Assembly (NCBI GenBank): GCA_035759945.1
Contig: DASTTX010000102.1
Coordinates: forward strand, 2,027-66,026
Direction: 5' to 3'
Source of the DNA: Candidatus Limnocylindria bacterium
GTDB lineage: Bacteria > Chloroflexota > Limnocylindria > QHBO01
Length of the DNA: 64,000 bases
Shown here: piece after piece, positions 35,401-43,810 of the stretch
Numbering within the stretch: position 1 is the stretch's first letter
How the letters are laid out: every line of letters begins with the position of its first letter
Made by a program: the position numbers and the translations under genes
The notes under the pieces: generated by a model
What the model saw: the letters and a program-made list of their open reading frames with translations, nothing else
The model's database searches: none
What the model was told of the DNA's origin: nothing

Positions 35401-35852
35401 GACGCCTTGCGGCGACCGTGGCCGAAACGCTCGCCCTGCCGGACGACGAGCGGCGCTGCGTCGAGCTCGCCGCCCGGCTCCATGCGCTCGACGAACCGGG
35501 CGTCGCCGAGCTGGCGCCGGTACCGTCGCTGCGCGAGGTGTCTGCGCTCATCACCGACTATCGTCGGATGGTGGCCGACGGCCAGCGGCGCGGGCGCCGC
35601 GCGGCCCGGGCGCGTGGGCCGGTCGGCGCGCACATCGTCGCCGCGGCGAATGCCTATGACGAGCTGACGTCAGGCGTGCGCCAGCCACGCATCGGGCGCG
35701 CCGATGCGCTCGCTCGACTGGCCCGCGACCCTGCCACCTACCGCACCGACGTGCTGGCTGCCCTGGCCGAGGCGGTCGAACAGCGCGCGGATCCCGGTCG
35801 CCGGCGGCGAGCCGATGATGCACGCGACACGGAGGCTCGCGGCGCGGCCTGA
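32496..35852 (+). CDS. Multidomain c-di-GMP signalling protein: N-terminal MerR/excisionase-type HTH, four GAF domains, a GGDEF domain (RYGGDEL) and a C-terminal HD-type domain
   Basis: Start MARAEADDALLSVAQAATLLGVHPNTIRAW (ATG at 32496; the upstream ORF extension is spurious). Four repeated GAF-like blocks. The GGDEF region has an RxxD I-site (RSDDRVYRYGGDEL). The C-terminal region has HD-like residues (HHEEQ...GHADRVG). Confidence 0.7.
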   Translation: MARAEADDALLSVAQAATLLGVHPNTIRAWTDGGRLTAYRINARGDRRFRRDDVARLLVEDRASADAPPSTGSGSTGRDGELAIFARIAAGLAASPTSAGVARTVVEALRTEIAVERVAVYVSDGERLELEAHAGFDEPPPATREPIVGARAPEGADVALSLSTRRGNAGLLVIDGAAANSFTPPFLRSLLAIVATTIASTRLLGRARRELQRARALRSVTKELTGTLDLNAVLGEVVDLTRSLFEADKAGLWLVSEGDFPFSVAAQHELSEDFLAHVAALRGNEDSIGLRALRERRPHWMRNADVDQGIGMLRETYAAEGIRTVCLVPLVGGSERLGLLGLYHRRDRTWPAEEVALAQAFADQAAVAIQNARLYRSVAAQAARMKSIQDLSARLNRLTDVRAIAEAIVAEARPLAEYHDIRVYQVDAERGMCEPIAFTREMLADDAVNPEDLLRVAVGEGFTGWVAQHGEPLLINDALDDERGQTIAGTDDVPESMLVVPMLYEGRVLGVIVLSQLGYNRFTNDDLQTMSIFAGYAAQAIANATTYERLVAQSSELARRADSQRRLLDINERLLSTLDEAGVLETIADGLRDVVSYDNLSIYRVDHNLRVMQPVLTRERHADEVSRYIIPFGRGLMGWAVEHSQPILANDALGDPRALQIPGTPEDPEAVVVVPLVADGEVLGALNVSRVGGPEVYFSDSDFELVQLFAAQASIALRNAAAHHAISQQAQTDALTGLGNHGAFQRDLGTFVERAASASRPADRRLAVLMMDLDRFKAYNDRHGHPAGDALLHRAATAIYGAARSDDRVYRYGGDELALILPGATAAEAARVGQRVRRAVGRLTVGDATPVTITVGVAGMPGDADDRAGLIAAADTALYYGKRAGEDRVVRADQLTADVGDLRGTLEELASAALRESDDEHAVEHLVERATLLTAPHHEEQASLRDALLTIARSLDAGVGGRGHADRVGRLAATVAETLALPDDERRCVELAARLHALDEPGVAELAPVPSLREVSALITDYRRMVADGQRRGRRAARARGPVGAHIVAAANAYDELTSGVRQPRIGRADALARLARDPATYRTDVLAALAEAVEQRADPGRRRRADDARDTEARGAA

Positions 35853-35870
35853 GGTAACATCGGCGCGCCG

Positions 35871-36605
35871 ATGATGACCCGCCGCCTCGCCTCGCTGCGC
35901 CCGATCCGGGTCGCGAGCCTGGCTCTGGCGGCCTCGATGGCGCTCGCCGCCTGCTCCTCCGACAGCCCTCCGGCGACGCCCTCGCCGATTCCGTCGGGGT
36001 CGCCCACTGGGCCTTCCCTCACGCCGGCGCCGACACCGACGCCGACCCCCACACCGGCTCCGACGCCGCGCTTCACCAACGAGCCCGACGAGGAGCTCGC
36101 CGCGCTCATCCCGACCTCGGCCGCCGGCGCGACGGTCGTCGTCGCACCGTTCGACGAGTTCGCGCTGACCCCCGGCGACGTGGCAACGGCGTACGGCGAG
36201 CTGGGCAACCGGTTCGCATCGCTGGTCCTGGCGTACGTCGGCCAGCCGCGCACCAGCCTGTATGCCATGCGCGTCGACGGCGACCCGGTAGCGACCGACG
36301 ACCTCGAGCCCTACCTCGCCACCGCCGGACGCTACGTCGGCATCGCCGGGCTGGATCCCGATCCATGGGAGAAGGCTGAAGCCGGCGGCCACGCCGTCTG
36401 GGTCCGCCCCGAGGACAACGCGACGGCCCTCGGCACGATGATCTACACCTGGTCCAGCGGCGAGTTCGTGTTCCTGCTGATCGGCGTCGACGACACGGTC
36501 AACCGCGCCATCATCGAGCAGCTGCCCGGTGAGCCGGCGCCATCGGCCAGGCCGTCGGCCTCGGAATCGGCGAGCGCCGAGCCGACCGAATCGCCGGGAG
36601 GCTGA
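35871..36605 (+). CDS. Hypothetical lipoprotein with a Pro/Thr-rich linker
   Basis: Lipobox LAACSS, a (PT)n low-complexity linker, then a globular domain of unknown function. Confidence 0.5.
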   Translation: MMTRRLASLRPIRVASLALAASMALAACSSDSPPATPSPIPSGSPTGPSLTPAPTPTPTPTPAPTPRFTNEPDEELAALIPTSAAGATVVVAPFDEFALTPGDVATAYGELGNRFASLVLAYVGQPRTSLYAMRVDGDPVATDDLEPYLATAGRYVGIAGLDPDPWEKAEAGGHAVWVRPEDNATALGTMIYTWSSGEFVFLLIGVDDTVNRAIIEQLPGEPAPSARPSASESASAEPTESPGG

Positions 36606-36641
36606 CCTGCGGGCACGGAACCGGCTGTAGGCTGACGCACG

Positions 36642-37718
36642 ATGTTCAAGACCATCGCCTACGGCATCTCGGTCATCGGGACCGTCGCGACGCTCACCCT
36701 GCGACTCCTGGGTGCCGACGAGACGCTCACCTTCGGCATCAGCGCGCTGACCATCCTCGGGCTGGCGTACGTGCTCGGGCACGCGACCGAGCAGCTCGGC
36801 CTGGCGGCGGGGCCGCGTATCGGCGGCATCATGAACGCCACCGTCGGCAACATCGGCGAGGTGATCATCGCCGCGTTCCTGATCCTCGACAACAAGATCG
36901 AGATCGTCCACGCATCGATCACCGGATCGATCGTCGGCAACCTGCTGCTCGTGCTGGGGGCGTCGCTGCTCGTCGGTGGCCTGAAGAACGGCGTCCAGGA
37001 GTACGACGCCCAGACGACGGGCATGAACGCCACCTCGCTCATCCTGGCGACCATCGGGCTCATCGTGCCGGCCACCTTCGCCTTCCTCATCGGCGGCGGA
37101 GAGGGCACCGGGCCGGGCGACCCCCAGTTCTTCCGGATCGAGGCGCTCACGGTCGGCGTCGCGATCCTGCTGCTCGTCACCTACGGGGCGCAGATCTGGT
37201 TCTTCCTCACCTCGCCTGAGTCCCCGACCACGGCCCACGCGCCGGAGGAGGTCCCGGAGTGGGGCTGGCGGCGCGCGTTGGTGATCCTGCTCGCATCGGC
37301 CGCAGCGCTGACCTTCGCGTCCGAGGTGCTGGTGCACACCCTGGAGCCGGCGGTGGCATCGCTCGGGATCAGCGAGTTCTTCATCGGCATCATCCTCATC
37401 CCACTCATCGGCAACCTTGCCGAGCACGTCGTCGGCGTGACGCTGGCCTACAAGAACAAGATGGACTTCAGCCTGATCACCTCCATCGGCTCCGCGACGC
37501 AGATCGCCCTCTTCGCCGTGCCGGTGCTCGTCTTCTTCGGGCTCCTGGTCGGGCATCCCGTGACGCTCGTGTTCACGCCGCTCGAGGTGGTGGCCGTCGC
37601 CGTGGGCGTGATCATCGCCAGCTTCATCGCGCTCGACGGAAAGTCGAACTGGGTGGAAGGGCTGCAGCTCGTCAGCGTCTACGCGATCCTCGCCATCGCG
37701 TTCTTCTTCCTCACCTAG
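36642..37718 (+). CDS. Ca2+/H+ antiporter (CaCA family, ChaA/YfkE-like)
   Basis: 358 aa with about 11 TM helices and two alpha-repeat signatures (GNIGEVIIAAF and GNLAEHVVGV). Confidence 0.8.
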   Translation: MFKTIAYGISVIGTVATLTLRLLGADETLTFGISALTILGLAYVLGHATEQLGLAAGPRIGGIMNATVGNIGEVIIAAFLILDNKIEIVHASITGSIVGNLLLVLGASLLVGGLKNGVQEYDAQTTGMNATSLILATIGLIVPATFAFLIGGGEGTGPGDPQFFRIEALTVGVAILLLVTYGAQIWFFLTSPESPTTAHAPEEVPEWGWRRALVILLASAAALTFASEVLVHTLEPAVASLGISEFFIGIILIPLIGNLAEHVVGVTLAYKNKMDFSLITSIGSATQIALFAVPVLVFFGLLVGHPVTLVFTPLEVVAVAVGVIIASFIALDGKSNWVEGLQLVSVYAILAIAFFFLT

Positions 37719-37723
37719 GGCGC

Positions 37724-38779
37724 GTGTCTATCATCGGCGCCGTGGTCGAAGACGAGCGGGACGAGTGGACCGGCTGGGATGGCGGTGGCGACGATCGAGT
37801 CGGTCGCAAGCGCGATCGCCTGGCGCGCCTGCTGAACGTCGCGTCGATCCTGTACTCCAAGGGGAGCGGTGAGTCCGGCGTTCCGGTGGCGGAGATCGCG
37901 CGCCTGACCGGGATGACGACGCGGACGGTGTACCGCGACATCAACGCCCTGGACGAGGAGCTGGGCGTCCCCGTCTTCCAGGCCGGCCGCGGCCGATACG
38001 GCATCGACCGCAAGTTCTTCCTGCCCCCGCTGCGCCTCTCCGTCCCCGAGGCGATCGTGCTCTTCCTCGCCTCGCGTCTCATCGCGCGCTGGTCGGACCA
38101 GTACGACGCGGCCGTCGTCAGCGCGTTCACCAAACTGGCCGATGCGGTCCCCCAGCCGATCGCGCGGCACGTGGCGGCGACCATGCTCGCCATCGGCGAG
38201 CACGATCCGAACGAGCCGTTCAGCCGCTCCTTCTCCGCCGTCGCACGTGGCTGGGCGGAGGGCCGAGTGGTCGAGATCGACTATGAACCCGGGAGCGCGC
38301 CGCGCAAGACGGCACGGGTGCAGCCGTACTTCCTCGAGCCGGACGCGGCGCTGCGAAGCGTCTACCTCATCGGCTTCGACGAGGCGGCCAAGGCGATGCG
38401 CACCTACAAAGTGGAGCGCATCCGGACGGCGACCCTGACCCAGGACCGATACGAGATCCCCGACGACTTCGATCCCGACGCCTGGCTCGCGAACTCGTGG
38501 GGCATCTGGTCGTCCGACGGCACGCCGACGGTCCGGATCCGGCTCCGCTTCGACGCGTCGGTGGCCCATCGCGTGCGCGAGGCGGTCTGGCATCGGTCCC
38601 AGGAGCTGAACGAGCTGCCTGGCGGCGGCGTCGAGCTGTCGGTGACGGTCGCCGGCATCGTCGAGATCCAGCCGTGGATCCTGTCATGGGGTGGAGCGGT
38701 CGAGGTCCTCGAGCCGACCGAGCTGCGCGAAGCGGTGGCGGCCGCGGTGCGCACCGCCGCGGCCCGCTATGGCGACTGA
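37724..38779 (+). CDS. WYL-domain transcriptional regulator (HTH-WYL-WCX architecture)
   Basis: GTG start at about 37724. N-terminal HTH (RLARLLNVASILYS...VAEIARLTGMTTRTVYRDINAL), a central WYL region and a C-terminal extension. Confidence 0.65.
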   Translation: MSIIGAVVEDERDEWTGWDGGGDDRVGRKRDRLARLLNVASILYSKGSGESGVPVAEIARLTGMTTRTVYRDINALDEELGVPVFQAGRGRYGIDRKFFLPPLRLSVPEAIVLFLASRLIARWSDQYDAAVVSAFTKLADAVPQPIARHVAATMLAIGEHDPNEPFSRSFSAVARGWAEGRVVEIDYEPGSAPRKTARVQPYFLEPDAALRSVYLIGFDEAAKAMRTYKVERIRTATLTQDRYEIPDDFDPDAWLANSWGIWSSDGTPTVRIRLRFDASVAHRVREAVWHRSQELNELPGGGVELSVTVAGIVEIQPWILSWGGAVEVLEPTELREAVAAAVRTAAARYGD

Positions 38780-39407
38780 GATTGAGGCCAAGTTCCTCGC
38801 ACACGGACCCGAGCCCCTCGCCCAGCTCGCGGCTGCCGACCGCCTGGGTCGTGCGGCACTGGGCCCCGCTCAGTCCTTCGACGAGGTGGACCGCTACCTC
38901 GATACCGATGACGGCCGCCTGGCGGCGGCCGGCTGGGCATGCCGCCTCCGCGAGCGCGCCGGATCGACGCGGGTCTCGCTCAAGGGCCCACCTGATGCGC
39001 AGGGCGCCGCGTGGTTGCACCATCGTCCCGAGATCGAGGCGCCCGCGACCGACTCGATCGATCCAAGCGGCTGGCCGCCGAGCGAGGCGCGCGAGGTGGC
39101 CGAGCAGCTGAGCGCCGGCCGCCCGCTCGACGAGCGCTTCCGGCTCGTTCAGCGCCGGACCGAGAGGCGCGTCGAGCTCGAGGGTGCGCCGATCGGGACG
39201 CTGACCCTGGACGAGGTTTCCGTGCGGCACGGCGATTGGAACGCCGGGACGCTGTTCGTGGTCGAGCTCGAGCTGGCGACCCCCAGCGACTCGTCGTCAC
39301 TCGAGTCGCTGGGCGAGCTGGCCGAAGCGCTTGCCCGGCGTCCCGGGCTCGAGCCCGACGGGCGAACGAAGCTGGAGCACGCCCTCGCCATGATCGGGTC
39401 GACATGA
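38769..39407 (+). CDS. CYTH-domain protein (triphosphate tunnel metalloenzyme / class IV adenylate cyclase-like)
   Basis: Starts MATEIEAKFL, the characteristic EIExK start of CYTH. The start overlaps the WYL gene stop. Confidence 0.6.
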   Translation: MATEIEAKFLAHGPEPLAQLAAADRLGRAALGPAQSFDEVDRYLDTDDGRLAAAGWACRLRERAGSTRVSLKGPPDAQGAAWLHHRPEIEAPATDSIDPSGWPPSEAREVAEQLSAGRPLDERFRLVQRRTERRVELEGAPIGTLTLDEVSVRHGDWNAGTLFVVELELATPSDSSSLESLGELAEALARRPGLEPDGRTKLEHALAMIGST

Positions 39408-41626
39408 CCGTGGATCGCGTCATCGCCTGGGCGCGAGCCCGGACGCTCCCCGAATGGCTCGCCCTCGGCGCGGCGCTCGCCGTCTTCGGGTACGTCGGCT
39501 GGGACGGTGCGCTGTGGGACGCTCGCTATCAGCTGCTCCTGCACCTCATCGGCGCGGGGGCCATCGGGGCCGCCGTCGTGCTCGCCATTCGCGGCCTCCC
39601 CGTGCCGGTGACGCGCGTCGACGTGCCGCTCCTCGCGCTGCTTGGCGCGTTCGCCGTGGCAACCGCCTCGGCCATGAACCACGGCATGAGCCTGCGGGCG
39701 TACGCGGCGATCGCGGCGACCGCACTGATGCTGCCCGTGGCGCTCATCGCCATTCGGCATCGGCGCAGCTGGGTCGGCTTCGTCGTCGCCGCCCCGGTGC
39801 TCGTCATCTCGGTTCCGACACTCATCGCGCTGCTCGCGCGACGGATCGAGTGGGTCGCAGCGGGTGCCCCCGGCCTTCCGCCGCTGCGCCTCGCGTCCGA
39901 GGGCACGCCGTTCGGCTCCGTCGCGGTGCCGCCCTTCGTGATCTGGCCGGCGTTCGTCGCCGCCGGCCTGATCGAGCCGGCGCCGCTGCGACGGGCCATC
40001 CGCATCGGCCTGATCGCCGTGGGGATCCCGCTGACGATCCTGTCGGGCTCCCGATCGGCGTGGCTGGCGATCGGCGCCACCGCGGTCGTGGCGTTCGTGC
40101 CCTGGGCGTGGCGGCGGCGAGGCGCGCTGCGCGCATTGCGGCGACCGGGACCCAGGACGCTCGTCGTCGGTGCCGTCGGCGTCGTCGTCCTCGGCGGGCT
40201 GGCCGCCCTGGTCATCCCACGGGCGCTGTCGGTCACATCCCTCGTCTACCGTGCCAGCCTGTGGCGAGACACCCTGAACGCGTGGCGCACCGATCCGATC
40301 CTGGGCATCGGGCCGGGATTCATGCCCTATGCGCGCCAGGCGGCGGCGCCGGACTTCACGTTCCCGGTGCACCAGCCGCATTCACACAACCTGCCGCTCG
40401 GCGTCCTGGGCGATGCGGGCATCGTGGGGCTGCTCGCCGCGATCGCCCTGGTGATGACGCTGGCGTGGGTGGCGGGGCCGTGGCGCACGCGGACGCCGAC
40501 CGGCCGGGAGGCCGGGCTCGTCCTGATCGGGCTGGGCGTTGGCGGCCTCTTCGAGGATCTGACCTTCCTGCCCGACTTCAACCTGATCGCGATCGTCGTG
40601 GCGGCCATCGCGCTGACCGATGCCGGCGCCGTGAGATGGGCAACGCTGCCGCGAGACGGCCGCTCGATGGCTCTGGGCATCGGGGGCTTGTCGATCGCGC
40701 TCACCATCGGCACGGCAATGGTGGTGGCCGATGCCGGAGGCATCGCCTATCGAATGGGCGTCGATGCCGCGGCATCCGAGGACTGGAGCGCGGCGACGAG
40801 CCGACTCGAGCGCTCGGTGGCCATCGACCAATGGCAGCCCTCCGGCTTCAAGGCGCTCGCCGTGGCCGCCGATCGCGCCGGCCAGACCGAGCTGGCGCGC
40901 GCCGCCGCGGAACGGGCCACCGCGCTCAACCCGGGCGACTCCGCGTCGTGGATCAACCTGGCGCTGCTGTGCCAGGCGCTCGGCGACCGTGACTGCCAGT
41001 ACCACGCGACCCAGCGCGCCGTCGCGACCGCGGAGTTCTACGAAGCGGAGCTCCTCAACGCCGCGTTCAGCTACGAGGCCATGGGACGCCAGACGGAGGC
41101 CGATGACGCCTACCGTCGCTCGCTCCTCAGCCAGCGCCTCACCGCGTTCTCCGCCGACTGGCCGAGGAAGGTCCCCATCGGCGACGCCACCCTGGACGAC
41201 GACTTCGGCGCGCTGTTGGAGTTCAACCGGCTGCTGGCCTGGTGGGACATGGGCGAGCCGATCGATCCCGACGCGATCTCCGATCCAGCGACTCGAGCGC
41301 TCGCCTACGCGATGATCGGCGATCGTGCGAATGCGGAGCGCTGGCTGGAGACGGCGCTCGACGCCGGCCGCGCCGAGATCGTGCCGTGGGACCTGGCCGT
41401 CGTGCTGCGGCATCACTGGAACGAGAACGTCGACCGCGAGCTGGCGATCGCGGGTGCCGTCCGCGGCCGGGACTTCCCCGCCCCGGACGCCGAGCAGCGC
41501 GAGCCGCGGCTGACCTTTGACATCGGCGCCTTCCGCGCCTTCCCCGGCGACGGCCTCGTCGGCGAAGCGCGCCGCCTGCGAACCGATCCCACCTATCCGT
41601 GGGCGCTCGAGACGACGCTCCCCTGA
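39404..41626 (+). CDS. O-antigen ligase/polymerase (Wzy_C)-family membrane protein with a C-terminal TPR-repeat domain
   Basis: ATG at 39404 overlaps the CYTH stop. About 12 TM helices with an SGSRSAWLAIGA Wzy_C-like loop, then a ~280 aa TPR-like soluble domain. Confidence 0.6.
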   Translation: MTVDRVIAWARARTLPEWLALGAALAVFGYVGWDGALWDARYQLLLHLIGAGAIGAAVVLAIRGLPVPVTRVDVPLLALLGAFAVATASAMNHGMSLRAYAAIAATALMLPVALIAIRHRRSWVGFVVAAPVLVISVPTLIALLARRIEWVAAGAPGLPPLRLASEGTPFGSVAVPPFVIWPAFVAAGLIEPAPLRRAIRIGLIAVGIPLTILSGSRSAWLAIGATAVVAFVPWAWRRRGALRALRRPGPRTLVVGAVGVVVLGGLAALVIPRALSVTSLVYRASLWRDTLNAWRTDPILGIGPGFMPYARQAAAPDFTFPVHQPHSHNLPLGVLGDAGIVGLLAAIALVMTLAWVAGPWRTRTPTGREAGLVLIGLGVGGLFEDLTFLPDFNLIAIVVAAIALTDAGAVRWATLPRDGRSMALGIGGLSIALTIGTAMVVADAGGIAYRMGVDAAASEDWSAATSRLERSVAIDQWQPSGFKALAVAADRAGQTELARAAAERATALNPGDSASWINLALLCQALGDRDCQYHATQRAVATAEFYEAELLNAAFSYEAMGRQTEADDAYRRSLLSQRLTAFSADWPRKVPIGDATLDDDFGALLEFNRLLAWWDMGEPIDPDAISDPATRALAYAMIGDRANAERWLETALDAGRAEIVPWDLAVVLRHHWNENVDRELAIAGAVRGRDFPAPDAEQREPRLTFDIGAFRAFPGDGLVGEARRLRTDPTYPWALETTLP

Positions 41627-41627
41627 C

Positions 41628-42323
41628 TCAGGCGTGCTCGTCGAACGGGAGGCGCTGGATGAGGGCCAGGCGCGGGCGCTCGGTCGTCATCACCGGCGCC
41701 ACGGGCACCCGCAGCCACGCCGGGCTGACGGCGCCGAAGCGGTAGCGGGCGTCGAGCCGGCGCGCGGAGATCGCCTCCAGCCCGAATCGGGCGAGCGCCT
41801 CGGCCATGAGGGTCCCCTCCCCGCGCAGCGCGTGGGAGACGACGCAGCGGTCGCCGTCGAGAAGCACCGCCTCAAGGCGCTCGCGCCGCGCGGCGAAGCC
41901 CCGCGCGTGCCACGGCTCGCCGCCGGTCCACAGCAGGTCGCTCGCGACGAAGGCGGGCCGGCCGGCACGTGCGTCGCCAGCCAGCCGCCGGCGCAGCAGG
42001 TCGAGATCCAGCCAGCCGCCGTCGTCGAGCGCGAGCAGCCAGCCGTCCAGCACGACGCCGTCCTCCATGAGGCGCTCTGGCAGCTCCTCGCTCAGCTCCG
42101 AGAAGGTGGTCAGCGCGTCGGCCATGCCGGCGGCCCGGAGTCGGATGAGCCGCCCGCCCTCGACCCAGGCCAGGGCGCGGATGCCCGGCCACCACGGCTC
42201 GAACAGCCAGGCGCGGTCGTCGAACGGCGCGACGCCGTCGGCCGGCTGCATGGGCGACAGTCGCGGCGGCAGCCGGGAGCCCGGCTCGCTAGGGATGGAG
42301 AGGTCGAGCTGCTCGCCGGGCAC
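41628..42323 (-). CDS. LigD-ligase-domain-like protein with the catalytic motifs substituted (putative catalytically inactive pseudo-ligase)
   Basis: 231 aa. Aligns with the adenylation domain of ATP-dependent ligases, but motif I KxDGxR reads WWPGIR, motif IV reads EGTLMAE, motif V reads WLRVP, and there is no OB domain. Lies 11 nt downstream of ku. Confidence 0.55.
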   Translation of the reverse strand: MPGEQLDLSIPSEPGSRLPPRLSPMQPADGVAPFDDRAWLFEPWWPGIRALAWVEGGRLIRLRAAGMADALTTFSELSEELPERLMEDGVVLDGWLLALDDGGWLDLDLLRRRLAGDARAGRPAFVASDLLWTGGEPWHARGFAARRERLEAVLLDGDRCVVSHALRGEGTLMAEALARFGLEAISARRLDARYRFGAVSPAWLRVPVAPVMTTERPRLALIQRLPFDEHA

Positions 42324-42334
42324 GGCCGGCCCGG

Positions 42335-43237
42335 TCAGGCCGTCTTGCGCCGGCGCTGGCGCGGGGCCTTGGCCTCCGCCTCGTCCTCGGCATCGGCGCC
42401 GGCCGCGACCTTCGCCTTCGCCCGTGACTTCGGCGCATCGGCCTTGGCTGCCTTCCGCTCGCTGCGCGCCGCCGCGACCGAGGCCTCGAGGGCGGCCATC
42501 AGATCGGTGATGTTCGTCGGCTCGGTGCGCGCGGCCGGCTCCGGCTTCTCGCCGGCCACCTTGCGCTCGATGACAGCCATCAGTGCCTGGCGGTAGTCGT
42601 CCTGGTAGTCATCGGCGCTGAAGTCGCCGGTCATGCTGGCCACCAGCTGCTCGGCCATCTTCTTCTCCGAGGCCTTGATCTCGATCTCGTCCTCGGGAAG
42701 GTTGAGCTCGTCCATGGCCCGCACCTCGTCCGGCCAGTGCAGCGTGGTGAGCAGCATGGTCTTGCTGAACGGGTTGAGCGCCGCGAGCTGCTCGCGATCC
42801 TTGAGCACGATCTTGCAGATGGCGCTCTTGTTCTGCTCGGCCAGCACGGACTTCAGCAGGTAGAAGGCCTTCGCGCCGATCTGCTCAGGCTCCAGGTAGT
42901 ACGCCTGCTTCACGAACTGGGTGCCCGCCGAGTCGCGCGAGGCGGCGATGAACATCTCGATCTCGATGGCGCGCATCGTCTTCAGCGGCACGGAGTCGAT
43001 GTCCTCCTCCGTGACGACGACGTACTTGCCCTTGCTCCACTCGTAGCCGCGGACCGTCTCCGAGCGCGGGATGATCTCGTCGTGGTAGGGGCAGTACACC
43101 TTCATCTGGATCCGGTTCAGGCAGCTGGCATGGAGCAGGTTGAAGCCGATGCCTCCCTGCTCGGTCGCCAGGTACAGCTTGACCGGGATGGTCACCAGGC
43201 CGAACTGGATGGCCCCCCGCCACATGGATCGCGCCAT
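42335..43237 (-). CDS. ku: Ku protein (bacterial NHEJ DNA-end-binding protein)
   Basis: Start MARSMWRGAIQFGLVTIPVKLY (ATG at 43237), the canonical Ku beta-barrel start, with a C-terminal Lys/Ala-rich tail. Confidence 0.85.
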   Translation of the reverse strand: MARSMWRGAIQFGLVTIPVKLYLATEQGGIGFNLLHASCLNRIQMKVYCPYHDEIIPRSETVRGYEWSKGKYVVVTEEDIDSVPLKTMRAIEIEMFIAASRDSAGTQFVKQAYYLEPEQIGAKAFYLLKSVLAEQNKSAICKIVLKDREQLAALNPFSKTMLLTTLHWPDEVRAMDELNLPEDEIEIKASEKKMAEQLVASMTGDFSADDYQDDYRQALMAVIERKVAGEKPEPAARTEPTNITDLMAALEASVAAARSERKAAKADAPKSRAKAKVAAGADAEDEAEAKAPRQRRRKTA

Positions 43238-43403
43238 AGGACGTCTCGTGCTCCTGTTCACCCGCGCGCGAATCGCCGTGCCCTGCGACCCATCGAAGGC
43301 GGGCGGTGATGGTACAACGCTGGCGCAAATCCACCGGTACCCCATGGGTACCATGCGGATGGGCCATAGACCGATGCGGTCGCGCTGGGCAACACTCAGC
43401 CCG

Positions 43404-43796
43404 ATGACTGACGCCACCGCTGCCGCACGCGCCTACGTCCTCGAGGACGACCCCGATATCGCCGCCCTCGAAGCCGATCTCCTGCGCGAGATGGGCTTCA
43501 GCGTGGTGACCTGCACCCGGATCGTCGAGCTGGGGGACCTCATGGACCTCGCCCTGCCCCACCTCCTGGTGGTCGACGTGATGCTTCCCGACGGTGACGG
43601 CGGCGACATCACCGAGCTGCTGCGCACCGCGTGGCCGGGGATCCCGGCCGTCTTCGTGTCGGCCGCGAACCGCGAGCGCCTCGCGGCACTCGAGCCGGTC
43701 GGACCCGTGGTTGCCAAGCCGTTCGATCTGGACGCGTTCAGGGAGGCCGTGATCCTGGCGCTCGACGGCGCCCGGGAGCTGCGCACCGCCTCGTGA
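43404..43796 (+). CDS. Single-domain response regulator (CheY-like receiver)
   Basis: YVLEDDPD...LLVVDVMLPDGDG...AKPF receiver motifs. No output domain. Confidence 0.7.
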   Translation: MTDATAAARAYVLEDDPDIAALEADLLREMGFSVVTCTRIVELGDLMDLALPHLLVVDVMLPDGDGGDITELLRTAWPGIPAVFVSAANRERLAALEPVGPVVAKPFDLDAFREAVILALDGARELRTAS

Positions 43797-43810
43797 CCGC
43801 GGCGCCGCGC

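Noticed and set aside
35970-36070. PTPTPTP and PS/PT-rich tracts (also in the kinase tail at about 52900-53000 and in cupredoxin 1)
   Set aside because: These are codon-level low-complexity linkers inside coding sequences, not nucleotide tandem repeats, CRISPR arrays or mobile elements.
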